Positions 30,569 through 40,534 of a stretch of 64,000 bases of DNA are shown here, piece by piece. The stretch is from a bacterium. GTDB lineage: Bacteria; Zhuqueibacterota; Zhuqueibacteria; Residuimicrobiales; Krinioviventaceae. Under the pieces are notes generated by a model. It was not told the DNA's origin, did no database searches, and worked only from the letters and a program-made list of their open reading frames with translations. How positions within the stretch are numbered: the stretch's first letter is position 1; every line of letters begins with the position of its first letter. Location of the stretch: positions 448,001 to 512,000 of the forward strand of contig CAXXFV010000016.1 of assembly GCA_963674595.2 (NCBI GenBank). The letters are read 5' to 3'. Position numbers and translations under genes: made by a program.

Positions 30569-30787
30569 ATGGAGGAAAAAATGGAAGACGATAAAAAACA
30601 GTTCACTATAGAAATTCGTAAAAACGGTTCGTTATTGGTTAAAGGACTGGAAAAATTGGTTAATTCAAAAGGTGAAGAAATTGAAATAAAAGATCAGATT
30701 TCTTTATGCCGTTGTGGTCATTCGGCCAACAAACCATTTTGTGATGGCAGTCATCGTAGAGTTAATTTCGTTGATGAGGACAATTAA
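30569..30787 (+). CDS. CDGSH iron-sulfur domain protein
   Basis: LCRCGHSANKPFCDGSH. Confidence 0.92.
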   Translation: MEEKMEDDKKQFTIEIRKNGSLLVKGLEKLVNSKGEEIEIKDQISLCRCGHSANKPFCDGSHRRVNFVDEDN

Positions 30788-30879
30788 TATCCGTCAAGTG
30801 GTTCCTGCCGATAAATGAAGAAAAGTAATTTTGCAAATGCTTAAAATTCAATTTCTGGTTATGAATTTGGCAAAAAATA

Positions 30880-30908
30880 TTGCGGATATTTAACTATTTT
30901 ACTATACT
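30880..30908 (+). promoter_or_regulatory. sigma70-like promoter for the ercA-like/kinase pair
   Basis: TTGCGG-N17-TATACT. Confidence 0.5.
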
Positions 30909-30950
30909 AGTAAAAATTAATCTCAAATTTTTAGTATTTGAGGTAAAAAT

Positions 30951-32111
30951 ATGGCAGAAAGCAATTTTGAGCTTCGCAAGTTTGTTGTCCCGGAAATTAT
31001 CTATGGTGTGGGGGCTCTGGACCTGGTCGGTCAGTATGCTGAAAATTTAGATTCACGAAAAGCTTTAATTGTTACGGATCCCGGGGTACAAGCTGCCGGC
31101 TGGACAGATGCAGTTATTCGATCTTTGAATGAAAAAGGAATACAGAATTGTATATTTGCTGATGTCACTCCTAATCCCCGTGACTATGAGGTTATGGCCG
31201 GTGCTGAGGTTTATAAGGAAAATGAATGTGATTTGATAATTGCCGTAGGCGGTGGCAGTCCAATGGATTGCGCCAAAGGCATTGGTATTGTTATCAGCAA
31301 TGATAAACATGTCCTTGAATTTGAAGGTGTGGATGAAGTTGAAATTCCTGCACCTCCTTTAATATGTGTACCCACAACAGCCGGCTCTTCAGCCGATGTC
31401 TCTCAATTTGCCATTATTCTCGACAGCCGGCGCAAAGTCAAAATCGCCATTATCAGTAAAACGGTTGTTCCGGATATCGCCCTGATCGATCCTCAAACAA
31501 CAACAACACTTGATCAGGAGTTAACTGCTGCAACGGGTATGGATGCTTTGGTTCATGCTTTTGAAGCCTATGTATCCAATGCCCATTCTTGTCTGACAGA
31601 TATTCACGCTCTTGAGGCAATTCGTTTAATTAAAGCGAATCTTTTAAATGCCATTAATGATCCTCTTTCTATTCAAGCCAGAGAACCGATGATGCGGGGC
31701 AGTATGCATGCGGGACTGGCCTTTTCTAATGCCAGTTTGGGCTTGGTCCATAGTATGGCACATTGTCTCGGTGGTGACCTTGATCTAGCCCATGGCCTGT
31801 GTAATGCCATCCTGTTGGAAAAAGTTGTTGCCTTTAACTATAAATGGGCAGAACCTCGATACAGGACAATTGCTGTAAATTTCGGATTAGATGCTGATAC
31901 ACCATTTGATATGATGAAAGATGAATTGTTGAATAAATTAAAAGAATTTCGTATTAAAGCCGGAATCAATGACAGCCTTGGTCATTTGGGAGTGACGAAG
32001 GATTTAATTCCCAAATTGGCCAGGTATTCTTTGGAAGACCCTTGCATCGCTACGAATCCAATTATGCCGACCCAGAAACAGGTAGAAGATTTATATAATG
32101 AAGCATTCTAA
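30951..32111 (+). CDS. ercA: iron-containing alcohol dehydrogenase-like regulatory protein, ErcA-like
   Basis: ELRKFVVPEIIYG N-terminus, GGGSPMDCAK, PTTAGSSADVSQF, MDALVHAFEAY, FSNASLGLVHSMAH, AHG; overlaps a downstream kinase as in ercA-ercS loci. Confidence 0.72.
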   Translation: MAESNFELRKFVVPEIIYGVGALDLVGQYAENLDSRKALIVTDPGVQAAGWTDAVIRSLNEKGIQNCIFADVTPNPRDYEVMAGAEVYKENECDLIIAVGGGSPMDCAKGIGIVISNDKHVLEFEGVDEVEIPAPPLICVPTTAGSSADVSQFAIILDSRRKVKIAIISKTVVPDIALIDPQTTTTLDQELTAATGMDALVHAFEAYVSNAHSCLTDIHALEAIRLIKANLLNAINDPLSIQAREPMMRGSMHAGLAFSNASLGLVHSMAHCLGGDLDLAHGLCNAILLEKVVAFNYKWAEPRYRTIAVNFGLDADTPFDMMKDELLNKLKEFRIKAGINDSLGHLGVTKDLIPKLARYSLEDPCIATNPIMPTQKQVEDLYNEAF

Positions 32112-32865
32112 TGCCGAAAATAACGCGGCCCATAAACGGAATAAAATTATCGGCCTTGGTGAAAGATCACACAAAAAGAGTTATTATCCGCAATTAAAAC
32201 AGCGTATTAAAGAGCTGGAAGAAAAATCTGAAAAATTGTCCGCTGCCTTGTATGAAAAAGAAGTTCTCTTGAAGGAGATTCATCATCGGGTAAAAAATAA
32301 TCTACAGATCATCAACAGCTTGTTAAAACTTCAAGCCAACAAGATGGATGATGATAGAGTATCAAAGCTGCTTCATGAAAGTACCAATCGAATTAAATCC
32401 ATCGCTATAATCCATGAAAGTCTCTATAGGGATAATAATCTGGCTGCTGTTGATTTTTCGGCCTATGTGCACCGAATGGTAATGTATCTCAGGCAGATGT
32501 TTCCGTCTGATGAAAAGCCAATTAGCTGGGAATATGCAATTCAGCCAATTTCATTAACCGTCGAACAGGCTATACCCTGCGGATTGATTATCAATGAGCT
32601 GGTGAGCAATGCACTTAAATATGCTTTTTTACAACATGATGTTGAAAAAAAGATTATCCGTATTGAATTTGCCAGGTGTGAAAAAGAGTTTTGTTTAAAG
32701 GTGCAGGACAACGGATGTGGTTTACCTAAAAATATTGATACAAGTAATACTGATTCCCTGGGACTTCATCTGGTCAATATTCTGGCCACCGGGCAGTTGG
32801 AAGGTTCGTTATCTGTTGATAGGGAGAACGGTACTTTATTTACAGTTAGGTTTAGCCATGAGTGA
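32098..32865 (+). CDS. cytoplasmic sensor histidine kinase (HisKA_2 + HATPase) with ErcS-like N-terminal peptide
   Basis: IIGLGERSHKKSYYPQL, EIHHRVKNNLQ, ELVSNALKYAF, DNGCG, SLGL; no TM or PAS domain visible. Confidence 0.85.
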   Translation: MKHSNAENNAAHKRNKIIGLGERSHKKSYYPQLKQRIKELEEKSEKLSAALYEKEVLLKEIHHRVKNNLQIINSLLKLQANKMDDDRVSKLLHESTNRIKSIAIIHESLYRDNNLAAVDFSAYVHRMVMYLRQMFPSDEKPISWEYAIQPISLTVEQAIPCGLIINELVSNALKYAFLQHDVEKKIIRIEFARCEKEFCLKVQDNGCGLPKNIDTSNTDSLGLHLVNILATGQLEGSLSVDRENGTLFTVRFSHE

Positions 32866-32980
32866 TAGGGGACATAATTTACTAAACATATATTTTTTAT
32901 AATTGTCCGGGTTAAGATGGCTATCATAAAATGATGGTTTTTTAGTAGGGCGTAAACTATAAATAAATATTATTTCATAT

Positions 32981-35365
32981 TTACAATCTTACCCGAATAC
33001 CGATGGTCGGCAAAAAGGGAATCCAATCATATTTAAAATAATATGTCAAGTTGTCGTTTTTTATCTTTCCGGGATTGGTGCCGTTGATCATATTTTGATC
33101 CAGATAGTTGTATTTTAATACATTGTGATGATTGTAAACATTGTAAATTTGTACAAACGGCGCTGTGCTCCAGCGTTTTGGGCCAAGCTCTTTGACAAAG
33201 CCGATATCCAGACGGTGCTGCGCCGGATAACGCACATCTCCGGACGTTGTTGCTACGGATTCTTGAAAATAACCGGTATAATAGGGTTCTCCGGTTTCTC
33301 TGTCCAGCACAAATTGTCGGTACCAAGTGGGGTGTCCGTCGGCATCATAGGGCGCCCCGGAACTAAACTGCCATGACGTTGTGAAATGCCAGTTGTTTTT
33401 CATTGGAATGGTCAGGTTGGTATAAAGTGTATGCCGAACGTCATAGGCCGGAAACAGCACTTTGCCTTCAAGTGTGCGGCGGGTTTGCGCCCAGGTATAG
33501 GCGAATTGAAAGGACATGTGTTTCCATGCCGCTTTTGCCGAACATTCCAGTCCGGCAGCCCTGCCGTTTATGTTGACAAGTTTTGGGCCTCCGCCTGTTG
33601 ATGCGAGCAGATTGTTGAATTTTCGGCCGTACATGTTCAGCGACAGTGTGTTGACACCGGAGCCGAGTTGGAAACCCAAAACAGCCTGGTCTGCTGATTC
33701 CGGCCGGGTCGGAAAGTGCAGGTCCAAAAAGCCGACCATGCCGCGTTCTCTGGCGGTTGCAATGTTTTGATAAAACCGGCCTGCGGAAAAGGTGACAAGC
33801 AGCGGTGAATATTTTTCATAACGCATGTTAAACCGGGGGGAGAGCGTTGGCTGGAATCCTTCCAGTTTTTCCAACCGCACCCCGGGGCGTAGTGTCAGTA
33901 GCGGTGTTGGGGCAAAGGTCGCTTCAGCAAAAAAAGCGCCATAGACACGGTTTTGCACAAAGTGCAGGTTTGGTGTTTGCTCAGAATAATCAAAATACAA
34001 TTGCTGGTCCTTATCAATGTCGGTACCAAAATTTTGCCAGGTATAGTGAAAGCCATAAAGGCTGACTTGGCTTCCCAGCAGCCAGGATGTTTTTTCAGAA
34101 ACGTCATACAATACATTCATTTTCAGGGTGTTGTTGCTGAAACTGTTTTTAACAAGAGTTTGATCGTTGATATATTTAAGCAGGCTGTCTTTGATAGCGT
34201 CATAGGCCAGGCGGTCCCCGCCGCCGAATTCAATGGAAGTTTCGTGTTTGTTCCTGTTGTTGCTTTTGGAATAGACAAACGTGGTGGTAAACAGCAGATT
34301 GGGCTGGTAAAAATGTTCCAGCCGCACCCAGGCGCCGGCACTTGACCAGGGGAACCGGTAATCTTTGGTTGTTTGATAAGCGAAAACAGGCTCTCTTTTA
34401 TTTTCTACATAATAGGGACCATAGCTGGTATTGTCATTATACATCACATCTGTAAAGAGGGTAAATCCGCCTTCCAGCACGGTTTTGTCGTTTATCGGCC
34501 GGCCCCAGCGGTTGTTTATATCGTAAAAATAGTAGGGCAGTTTTTTCCCAAAGGCCTTTAAAAAAACATCCAGATAGGTGCGCCGTGCCGCCAGGCTCCA
34601 GTGCAGTTTGCCGAAATCTTTTTCGTAAAAAAAACGGCTGCTGATCAGACTGACGGCCGCATCGCCGCCTGTGTTGTTGTATTTAAATTTTGTGTGCACC
34701 TTGGTAAGCGCGCCCAGGCGATTGCCGTAGCGGCAGGACATGCCTCCCGGTGAAAAGGCAACCCGGTCGACCATGCTGCTGTTGATGGCGGAAAAAATCC
34801 CCAAAAGATGGTGGCTTTGTGTCAGCGGGATATCATCAATCAGGACCAAATCATGGTCTGAGGATCCGCCGCGAACATGAGGTTCTGCGGCAAGCGGGTT
34901 TTTGCAGGTAACGCCCGGCAGGGTGGTGATAAAACGGTACAGGTCCGGTTCGCCGGTAAAGGTGGTGTTGCGTATTTCACCGGCATCGATAATTCGTGCC
35001 CCGGTTTCCATTTTTACCATACTGTCATCGGCCCGGTCCCGGATGGCCTCTATACGCACGGCCGGCATGTCCAGAACTGATGGTGTCAGGCGAATAAGGA
35101 TGGCTGCAGCGGCGCTGGTTTTATTGACGGCTATGCATAATTTTTTATAAGCAATATGCGAAATGCGCAACGTGTCGGATTTTTGATGGAGCGTTAGTGA
35201 AAAACAACCGTTTTCAGGCGTTGTCATCCCTTTGCCGGAGCTTAAAAGCCAGACATTGGCGCCGGTTATCGGCTCTTTTGTCTGTTCATCGATAATACGT
35301 CCTGTTAACGGTCCTGATGCAAAAACGGGTTTGAGGAAAAGTAATAACAGCAGTAAATAACGCAT
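32981..35365 (-). CDS. TonB-dependent receptor
   Basis: LTGRIIDEQTKEPITGANV, GEPDL...LPGV, VRGG..D..LVLIDDIP, GG.S.RYG.RL, C-terminal PFLPTIGIRVRL. Confidence 0.82.
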   Translation of the reverse strand: MRYLLLLLLFLKPVFASGPLTGRIIDEQTKEPITGANVWLLSSGKGMTTPENGCFSLTLHQKSDTLRISHIAYKKLCIAVNKTSAAAAILIRLTPSVLDMPAVRIEAIRDRADDSMVKMETGARIIDAGEIRNTTFTGEPDLYRFITTLPGVTCKNPLAAEPHVRGGSSDHDLVLIDDIPLTQSHHLLGIFSAINSSMVDRVAFSPGGMSCRYGNRLGALTKVHTKFKYNNTGGDAAVSLISSRFFYEKDFGKLHWSLAARRTYLDVFLKAFGKKLPYYFYDINNRWGRPINDKTVLEGGFTLFTDVMYNDNTSYGPYYVENKREPVFAYQTTKDYRFPWSSAGAWVRLEHFYQPNLLFTTTFVYSKSNNRNKHETSIEFGGGDRLAYDAIKDSLLKYINDQTLVKNSFSNNTLKMNVLYDVSEKTSWLLGSQVSLYGFHYTWQNFGTDIDKDQQLYFDYSEQTPNLHFVQNRVYGAFFAEATFAPTPLLTLRPGVRLEKLEGFQPTLSPRFNMRYEKYSPLLVTFSAGRFYQNIATARERGMVGFLDLHFPTRPESADQAVLGFQLGSGVNTLSLNMYGRKFNNLLASTGGGPKLVNINGRAAGLECSAKAAWKHMSFQFAYTWAQTRRTLEGKVLFPAYDVRHTLYTNLTIPMKNNWHFTTSWQFSSGAPYDADGHPTWYRQFVLDRETGEPYYTGYFQESVATTSGDVRYPAQHRLDIGFVKELGPKRWSTAPFVQIYNVYNHHNVLKYNYLDQNMINGTNPGKIKNDNLTYYFKYDWIPFLPTIGIRVRL

Positions 35366-35381
35366 AAACTACCCTTTTGGT

Positions 35382-36158
35382 TTAAGGACAACGGATATAA
35401 ATTGTGTGTTTTTTTAATCGCATGGACCCAAACACCCCCCGTGCATTGGGAAATGGCGACCAATGGGTATCATCGAAACCCGTCATACCGGAATTCAAAA
35501 AGTTCCTGCCGTTTGCCCATTTTGACAAGGCCGTGTCCAGGGCAGCGACATTGATTTGCATTTGCTCCGGCAGTCTATAGTTTTCTCCATAATTAAAAAA
35601 AAACGCAAAAAAATGTACAGTTTGGGGATGATAACTTTGGCGATAAGATCTATAGTGTGGGGGCAAAGTCCAGGTGGCATAGGAACCGGCCCCGTTAAAG
35701 TTAGAAAACACAAATGTGGTATCTATATGTAAAAAAGATGTCGTATTCAGTTCATAGCACGCCTGCAGGGTGTCTTTGTCCTGCGGCCAGATGACCTCAA
35801 AGTCACCGGGAATGGTGGTAGACGCCTGAAATGTTTGCCCGTTTTGTGTTGTAACCTTGAGCGAATAGGTGTGTAACGGCTGGGGTAAAAATGTTTGACT
35901 GTCTGTTTTGTAATACCCCGGTTCTGATGGATTTAAAACCCATTCTTTGTCGCCTTGATGAATGCTGACCTGGGCGTTGGTATAGTCTTCCGGCTGTTCA
36001 TAAATAGCGTATGTGCCGACATAAACGCCCTGTTCGCTATATTCCGGGGACAAGATGCCGTAAATAACAAAACGTTCCGGGAGCGCCTCTTTGTTGACCG
36101 TCGGCATTTCTTCACATGCAAAGACAAAAAGCAAAAGAAAAATCAAAACTTTTTTCAC
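35382..36158 (-). CDS. DUF4249-like lipoprotein (TBDR partner)
   Basis: Lipobox VFAC, NAQVSI, GYY, YSLKV, ASTTIP, GVFGS; GGAGG RBS before GTG. Confidence 0.6.
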   Translation of the reverse strand: MKKVLIFLLLFVFACEEMPTVNKEALPERFVIYGILSPEYSEQGVYVGTYAIYEQPEDYTNAQVSIHQGDKEWVLNPSEPGYYKTDSQTFLPQPLHTYSLKVTTQNGQTFQASTTIPGDFEVIWPQDKDTLQACYELNTTSFLHIDTTFVFSNFNGAGSYATWTLPPHYRSYRQSYHPQTVHFFAFFFNYGENYRLPEQMQINVAALDTALSKWANGRNFLNSGMTGFDDTHWSPFPNARGVFGSMRLKKHTIYIRCP

Positions 36159-36328
36159 AGGTTCTCCTCCATACCTGTTTTGTATGATTGATTTGTCGCT
36201 TAATTCGTATTATGATATGTTTGGTGAATATTAAAACCCTGTAATGAATAAAAATTCAATAGCCAACAAATGCCCTTGGGCCGCTGTTGTGATATGGATC
36301 CCTTGTATGTTTAAATTGGAATTGAAAT

Positions 36329-36357
36329 AATATAAATAAAAAGAGTGAGTTTGTCAA
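36329..36357 (-). promoter_or_regulatory. strong sigma70-like promoter for the lipoprotein-TBDR operon
   Basis: Minus strand TTGACA-N17-TATATT, about 170 bp upstream of the start. Confidence 0.6.
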
Positions 36358-36422
36358 CTTTTTATAAAGGTGCCTTTTTATTGTAAAATTGAATTGTTGT
36401 CTCGTGTGATACAAAAGATATA

Positions 36423-36557
36423 TTAATTTTTTGTTTTTGGCATGTGTTCCTTGATAACTTGTTCAACTGTTTCCCGTGTTATTGTAATTCTTTTTCCATC
36501 CAGAGTTTCGGTTTCATGTTTTTCTCCGGGAGCTAATTGTTTTGCCGCTGTGCGCAT
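36423..36557 (-). other. possible 44-aa small ORF or 3' remnant of a truncated gene
   Basis: MRTAAKQLAPGEKHETETLDGKRITITRETVEQVIKEHMPKTKN*; the frame stays open upstream to ~36665 without a start codon. Confidence 0.3.
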
Positions 36558-36655
36558 ATTTAGGGCCCGTGCTTGCCACTGCCTGTGGATGGCCTGAGAG
36601 CTGATTAGAGGAGAAAGCTGTTTGGTTTTTAAATTATCATTTTTCTTGGCTGGTT

Positions 36656-37420
36656 TTAATCGCCGTTAAAAAATATTTCTTTAATGGGTATTCCATGATA
36701 ACTGTTTTCATCGATTTTGGTCCAGCCAAGCAGTCCGAATGGTGTTTTAAACAAATAATTGTCGTCCTGTGCAAGTAATACAATGACTTGAGTTCCTTTG
36801 GGCAGTTTTGCAACGATATTTTTATAATTTATATTTTCATAAAGGATGACATCGGCTGTAGTTTTTGATTCAATACCGACAAAATAGAATGGTTGTTTTG
36901 TTTCAATGATATCATTGTTTGAAAGAGAATATTTTTTTCTATGATTAAACATGTTATCCGTATGACCGCATGTATATAGGCAGCCATTTCCCGGAATGAA
37001 TAATTCAGTCCCTTTTAATGAAGAAATATGTTCTAAAGAATCTTGATGGACTTTGTAAATCGAAAAACCAGGATCCGCACTTGGTTCTTCTGAAAAGTTA
37101 ATTACATAATAATCATTTGATTGATTATAAATTTTTGTTTTTAGGACCTGCAATACTTGAAAACCATATACAGAAATATTTTTATTTATAATAACAGAAG
37201 TTTCAGGATTATAGTGAATTTTTATCGGCCACTTTTCATCAATTGTTAATGTTGCAAGCCCTTCAAACGCCGTATTTTGTTCTTTTGGATTGTTTAAACT
37301 ATCTGGTTTAACAACGAGTAAAGAGTCAATATTTTTTGGGGATGTGGTATCGAATTCAATTTCGTTTTTACATGATAAACTCAAAATCAATATGAAAAAA
37401 AGAAGCATTTTTTTCAGCAT
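36656..37420 (-). CDS. hypothetical lipoprotein, possible SH3-like C-terminus
   Basis: Lipobox LSC; C-terminal IVAKLPKGTQV...FGLLGW. Confidence 0.6.
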   Translation of the reverse strand: MLKKMLLFFILILSLSCKNEIEFDTTSPKNIDSLLVVKPDSLNNPKEQNTAFEGLATLTIDEKWPIKIHYNPETSVIINKNISVYGFQVLQVLKTKIYNQSNDYYVINFSEEPSADPGFSIYKVHQDSLEHISSLKGTELFIPGNGCLYTCGHTDNMFNHRKKYSLSNNDIIETKQPFYFVGIESKTTADVILYENINYKNIVAKLPKGTQVIVLLAQDDNYLFKTPFGLLGWTKIDENSYHGIPIKEIFFNGD

Positions 37421-37501
37421 TTTTTATCTCGTTTTTTATTTTTTGTAATATTTAATAATTATGGCCATTTGGAATTTTATTGTCTGATTCAGCATAAAAT
37501 T

Positions 37502-38689
37502 TTACCAGCTTTTAGATATAGATATTTTTGTAATTGTCTGTTCTCTCCATTCTCCGGATGACAAATGACTGTCCGCCACAATCACACCTAACGCCCAGGT
37601 GCTGAAGTGGACCTCCCCGCCAAGCAACAAATATTCTGCCCGGGTCTGTTCATTAAGATATTCATTTTCCTTTGGATAAAAACTGTTGTCAAACAGGTAT
37701 CCGGTTGTTAGTGTAAAAATATCCTTAAAAAAATAATTCATGGCAAAAGAACAATCCAGTGTATTTTCATAATTTTTATCAATATTACTCCAATATTTAT
37801 GAGATAATTCCATACCGAACCTGACCTGTTTTATGGGAAATAACGAAACACCGATATGGAGTTTGTTGGGTGTTTTGACAAAGAATGTAGGTGGTTCAGA
37901 ATCATCTTCAACACGATCAAATTCCGTATCTAAATGATCTTCCCCTTCTGAAACGAGGACAAATCTAGTTGATTTATATTTTGGATGATTCTTTAAATAG
38001 GAGCCTTTATTATAATACAGACCCAGACAAATGATTGAAGAATAGTCAAGATTTAAACCTGCCTTCCAGGAAATCCCAATGTCCCTTGTTCTTCTTTCCG
38101 ATTTGCAAGTTTCAGTATAGTCTAAAAGATGGTCCACATCCAATTGAACTCCAAAGTTGATCTTTATGTTATGGATTGAGGTTAATTTTGTTGCTAACAG
38201 TGCTGAATAATGTAGGATACTTGTACTATTACTATCAGTGATATACTCTCTCTTCCACTTTGAATTTGATAACGTCCTGATCATATATTGCGGCCATTTA
38301 ATGGCGGAATTTAATTTTTGAGAAAAACCCAAACCAGCGGTTACACTTTTAATCGGGAGCAGGAACACAAATGACTGCGGTAGACAAGTAAACCTTCTAT
38401 CATGGCTCAGCGAATAATCTGTTATATCTTTGATTTTTGAATCAAATTCAAATGACACACCAACAACCGGCCGTGTTATGTCTGCTGATAACGCCGGATT
38501 GGCATTAACAATATGAGTAGCAGAGGAAAACGTTGATGGCGTATACCCAAAGGCATCCAGTTCATGCAGTACATATTGCTGCTGGTATGGTGCAATATTG
38601 TATTCTTCCGGATTCTCACTGACAGTCCATTGAGATGAAGCACTATTACATAAAAGAAAAATAATAAATAAAATGGTTTTGAATTTCAT
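37502..38689 (-). CDS. outer-membrane beta-barrel protein (FadL/OmpP1-like, divergent)
   Basis: Signal peptide, NPAL motif, alternating amphipathic strands, terminal W. Confidence 0.5.
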   Translation of the reverse strand: MKFKTILFIIFLLCNSASSQWTVSENPEEYNIAPYQQQYVLHELDAFGYTPSTFSSATHIVNANPALSADITRPVVGVSFEFDSKIKDITDYSLSHDRRFTCLPQSFVFLLPIKSVTAGLGFSQKLNSAIKWPQYMIRTLSNSKWKREYITDSNSTSILHYSALLATKLTSIHNIKINFGVQLDVDHLLDYTETCKSERRTRDIGISWKAGLNLDYSSIICLGLYYNKGSYLKNHPKYKSTRFVLVSEGEDHLDTEFDRVEDDSEPPTFFVKTPNKLHIGVSLFPIKQVRFGMELSHKYWSNIDKNYENTLDCSFAMNYFFKDIFTLTTGYLFDNSFYPKENEYLNEQTRAEYLLLGGEVHFSTWALGVIVADSHLSSGEWREQTITKISISKSW

Positions 38690-39068
38690 ATTACTATTTC
38701 AAATTAAATTTTATTTGAGACAGGGTCTTTGTTTTTATTTATGTCCTGAATAAAATCGTTACATATAATGGGATTGTCAATTATCGGTAAACATCTAAAA
38801 GTACATTCCACCCACTCTAACAAATTTGAAAAACTACAGGAATGTGATTTTAGTAAAATACAACCTATTCCTCATATCATCTAAAACCCATATTTTAGTT
38901 TTGGAAAAATAGTAAAAAGAATCCCGAAAACACCCCGGATATATCTTTTTACGGATAAATGATTATACAAAATATCAGACTGTTGCGCAAGATTTTTTTA
39001 GTATTATACAATATATCAAGCAGGAGGGAGAGATGATTACTTGCGAATTCTTGGTGAAATCGTTTTTA

Positions 39069-40232
39069 TCATTTAGCAGGATTTTCGCACCAAATAACCT
39101 GCAGGCCCCTTTCGTCTGTGGTAAAAGCGTCCAGGTCTCCGTCGTTGTCGACATCGTACAAGGTAACATCGTCGAATTTACCGCCGCTTGCAATTTTTTC
39201 ATAGGTCCAGTGGCCTTCTATATTACCGTCGTGTTTCAGGATACACATCACGGCATATTCATAAGCTACGACAATTTCTTGCTTACCATCCAAATCGATG
39301 TCGCCAACCGCAATTCCCTTGTTGTTCGTGTTGGGCAGATCGATCTCAATGATTTGCCATTTTTGGGAATCTTTAGCGAGTCCGCGAAATATCCACATAG
39401 CCTTGGCTTCCATAAGCGGCGCAATAACATCAATAAAGCCGTCATGGTCAATATCTGTTGCTTCTACAAAACCAGCCGAACTGCCGGGCTCACCGACGTC
39501 GTGCACATTCCAGAATATTTCCTGCTGCGGCCCGACACCCGGATTTTCAAGCCATTTTACTCCCTTGTTTATCGTACGGACACCCAGCAGTACGTCCTGG
39601 TCGCCGTCACGGTCCATGTCCGTTGCCATAAAGCCCATCATCCAGCCGCTTTTGTCCGTAATGACATGCATCTTCCATTGCGACAAATCCCGTGCGTTGG
39701 GTGGTGATTCAAACCAAACGACGTTATCGCCTTTTCCGGCGGCAAGTATATCAGGACCATTTTTACCGTCAATTTGCAGGGGAATGGTAATCATCCATTT
39801 TTGCACTCCCATGGACAATGGGATAGGTTCGGTCTGCCAGGCGCTGTTATCCATATAGTCGCCTCTGTTTTTTGGCGCCCAGTGAATATAGATATTCATA
39901 TTTTCTGAGGCGCTTATTACATCGAAACTGCCGTCACCATCAAGATCGCAAAAGACCGCGTCTTCAACAGGACCGGTTTGACCGACTACCACCTTGGGCC
40001 ACGGTTTTTTAACATTGGCAACTCCGGGATGAATATAAACCCGGCTTTCACCGGCTTCTTCCCATCCCGAGGTTATATCAAGGAGCCCGTCACCGTTTAC
40101 ATCGGCAAACCGAACACCGTCCGCACCCTGGCCTTCATGATCTATACTGTGGACTTTCCACTCTTTAGCAAGTGCTTCTGAATAGAAACAAGCGGCAAAG
40201 ACAATGCTGATTGTAACAATCAGGTTTTTCAT
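39069..40232 (-). CDS. exported FG-GAP/VCBS-repeat beta-propeller protein
   Basis: Repeated DxDxDGxxD motifs (DVNGDGLLD, DLDGDGSFD, DMDRDGDQD, DIDHDGFID, DVDNDGDLD). Confidence 0.85.
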   Translation of the reverse strand: MKNLIVTISIVFAACFYSEALAKEWKVHSIDHEGQGADGVRFADVNGDGLLDITSGWEEAGESRVYIHPGVANVKKPWPKVVVGQTGPVEDAVFCDLDGDGSFDVISASENMNIYIHWAPKNRGDYMDNSAWQTEPIPLSMGVQKWMITIPLQIDGKNGPDILAAGKGDNVVWFESPPNARDLSQWKMHVITDKSGWMMGFMATDMDRDGDQDVLLGVRTINKGVKWLENPGVGPQQEIFWNVHDVGEPGSSAGFVEATDIDHDGFIDVIAPLMEAKAMWIFRGLAKDSQKWQIIEIDLPNTNNKGIAVGDIDLDGKQEIVVAYEYAVMCILKHDGNIEGHWTYEKIASGGKFDDVTLYDVDNDGDLDAFTTDERGLQVIWCENPAK

Positions 40233-40534
40233 TATGCCTCCTTAATCCAATGAAACACATCATCGAATACAAACTGTAAAGGGCATTATAGTTTTTTATG
40301 GTCTAAACAGATCAAGTTTTATGTTTTCAAATTTAATTTTTTATTATTAATAAACCAATAATACACATATTGTGAAACCAGCGCAAGCGAATTTTAAAAT
40401 AAAATGTTTTGCCCCCTTTACTGTTACATTTGTTTACTTGATCGCTTTGGAGTTTTTCTTAAATTAAAACCAGTAAATTTTATTATAAAAATTAAATTTT
40501 TTGACAAAAAATTCGGATAATTATAAGGGAGAAT

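Noticed and set aside
20685-30787. Selenocysteine read-through in the Cys-rich operon
   Set aside because: All Cys motifs use TGT/TGC, and the TGA at 28387-28389 follows a complete membrane anchor and overlaps the next start.
39033-39858. 224-aa and 186-aa plus-strand ORFs
   Set aside because: Antisense to the FG-GAP gene; long shadows are expected in this GC-richer gene.
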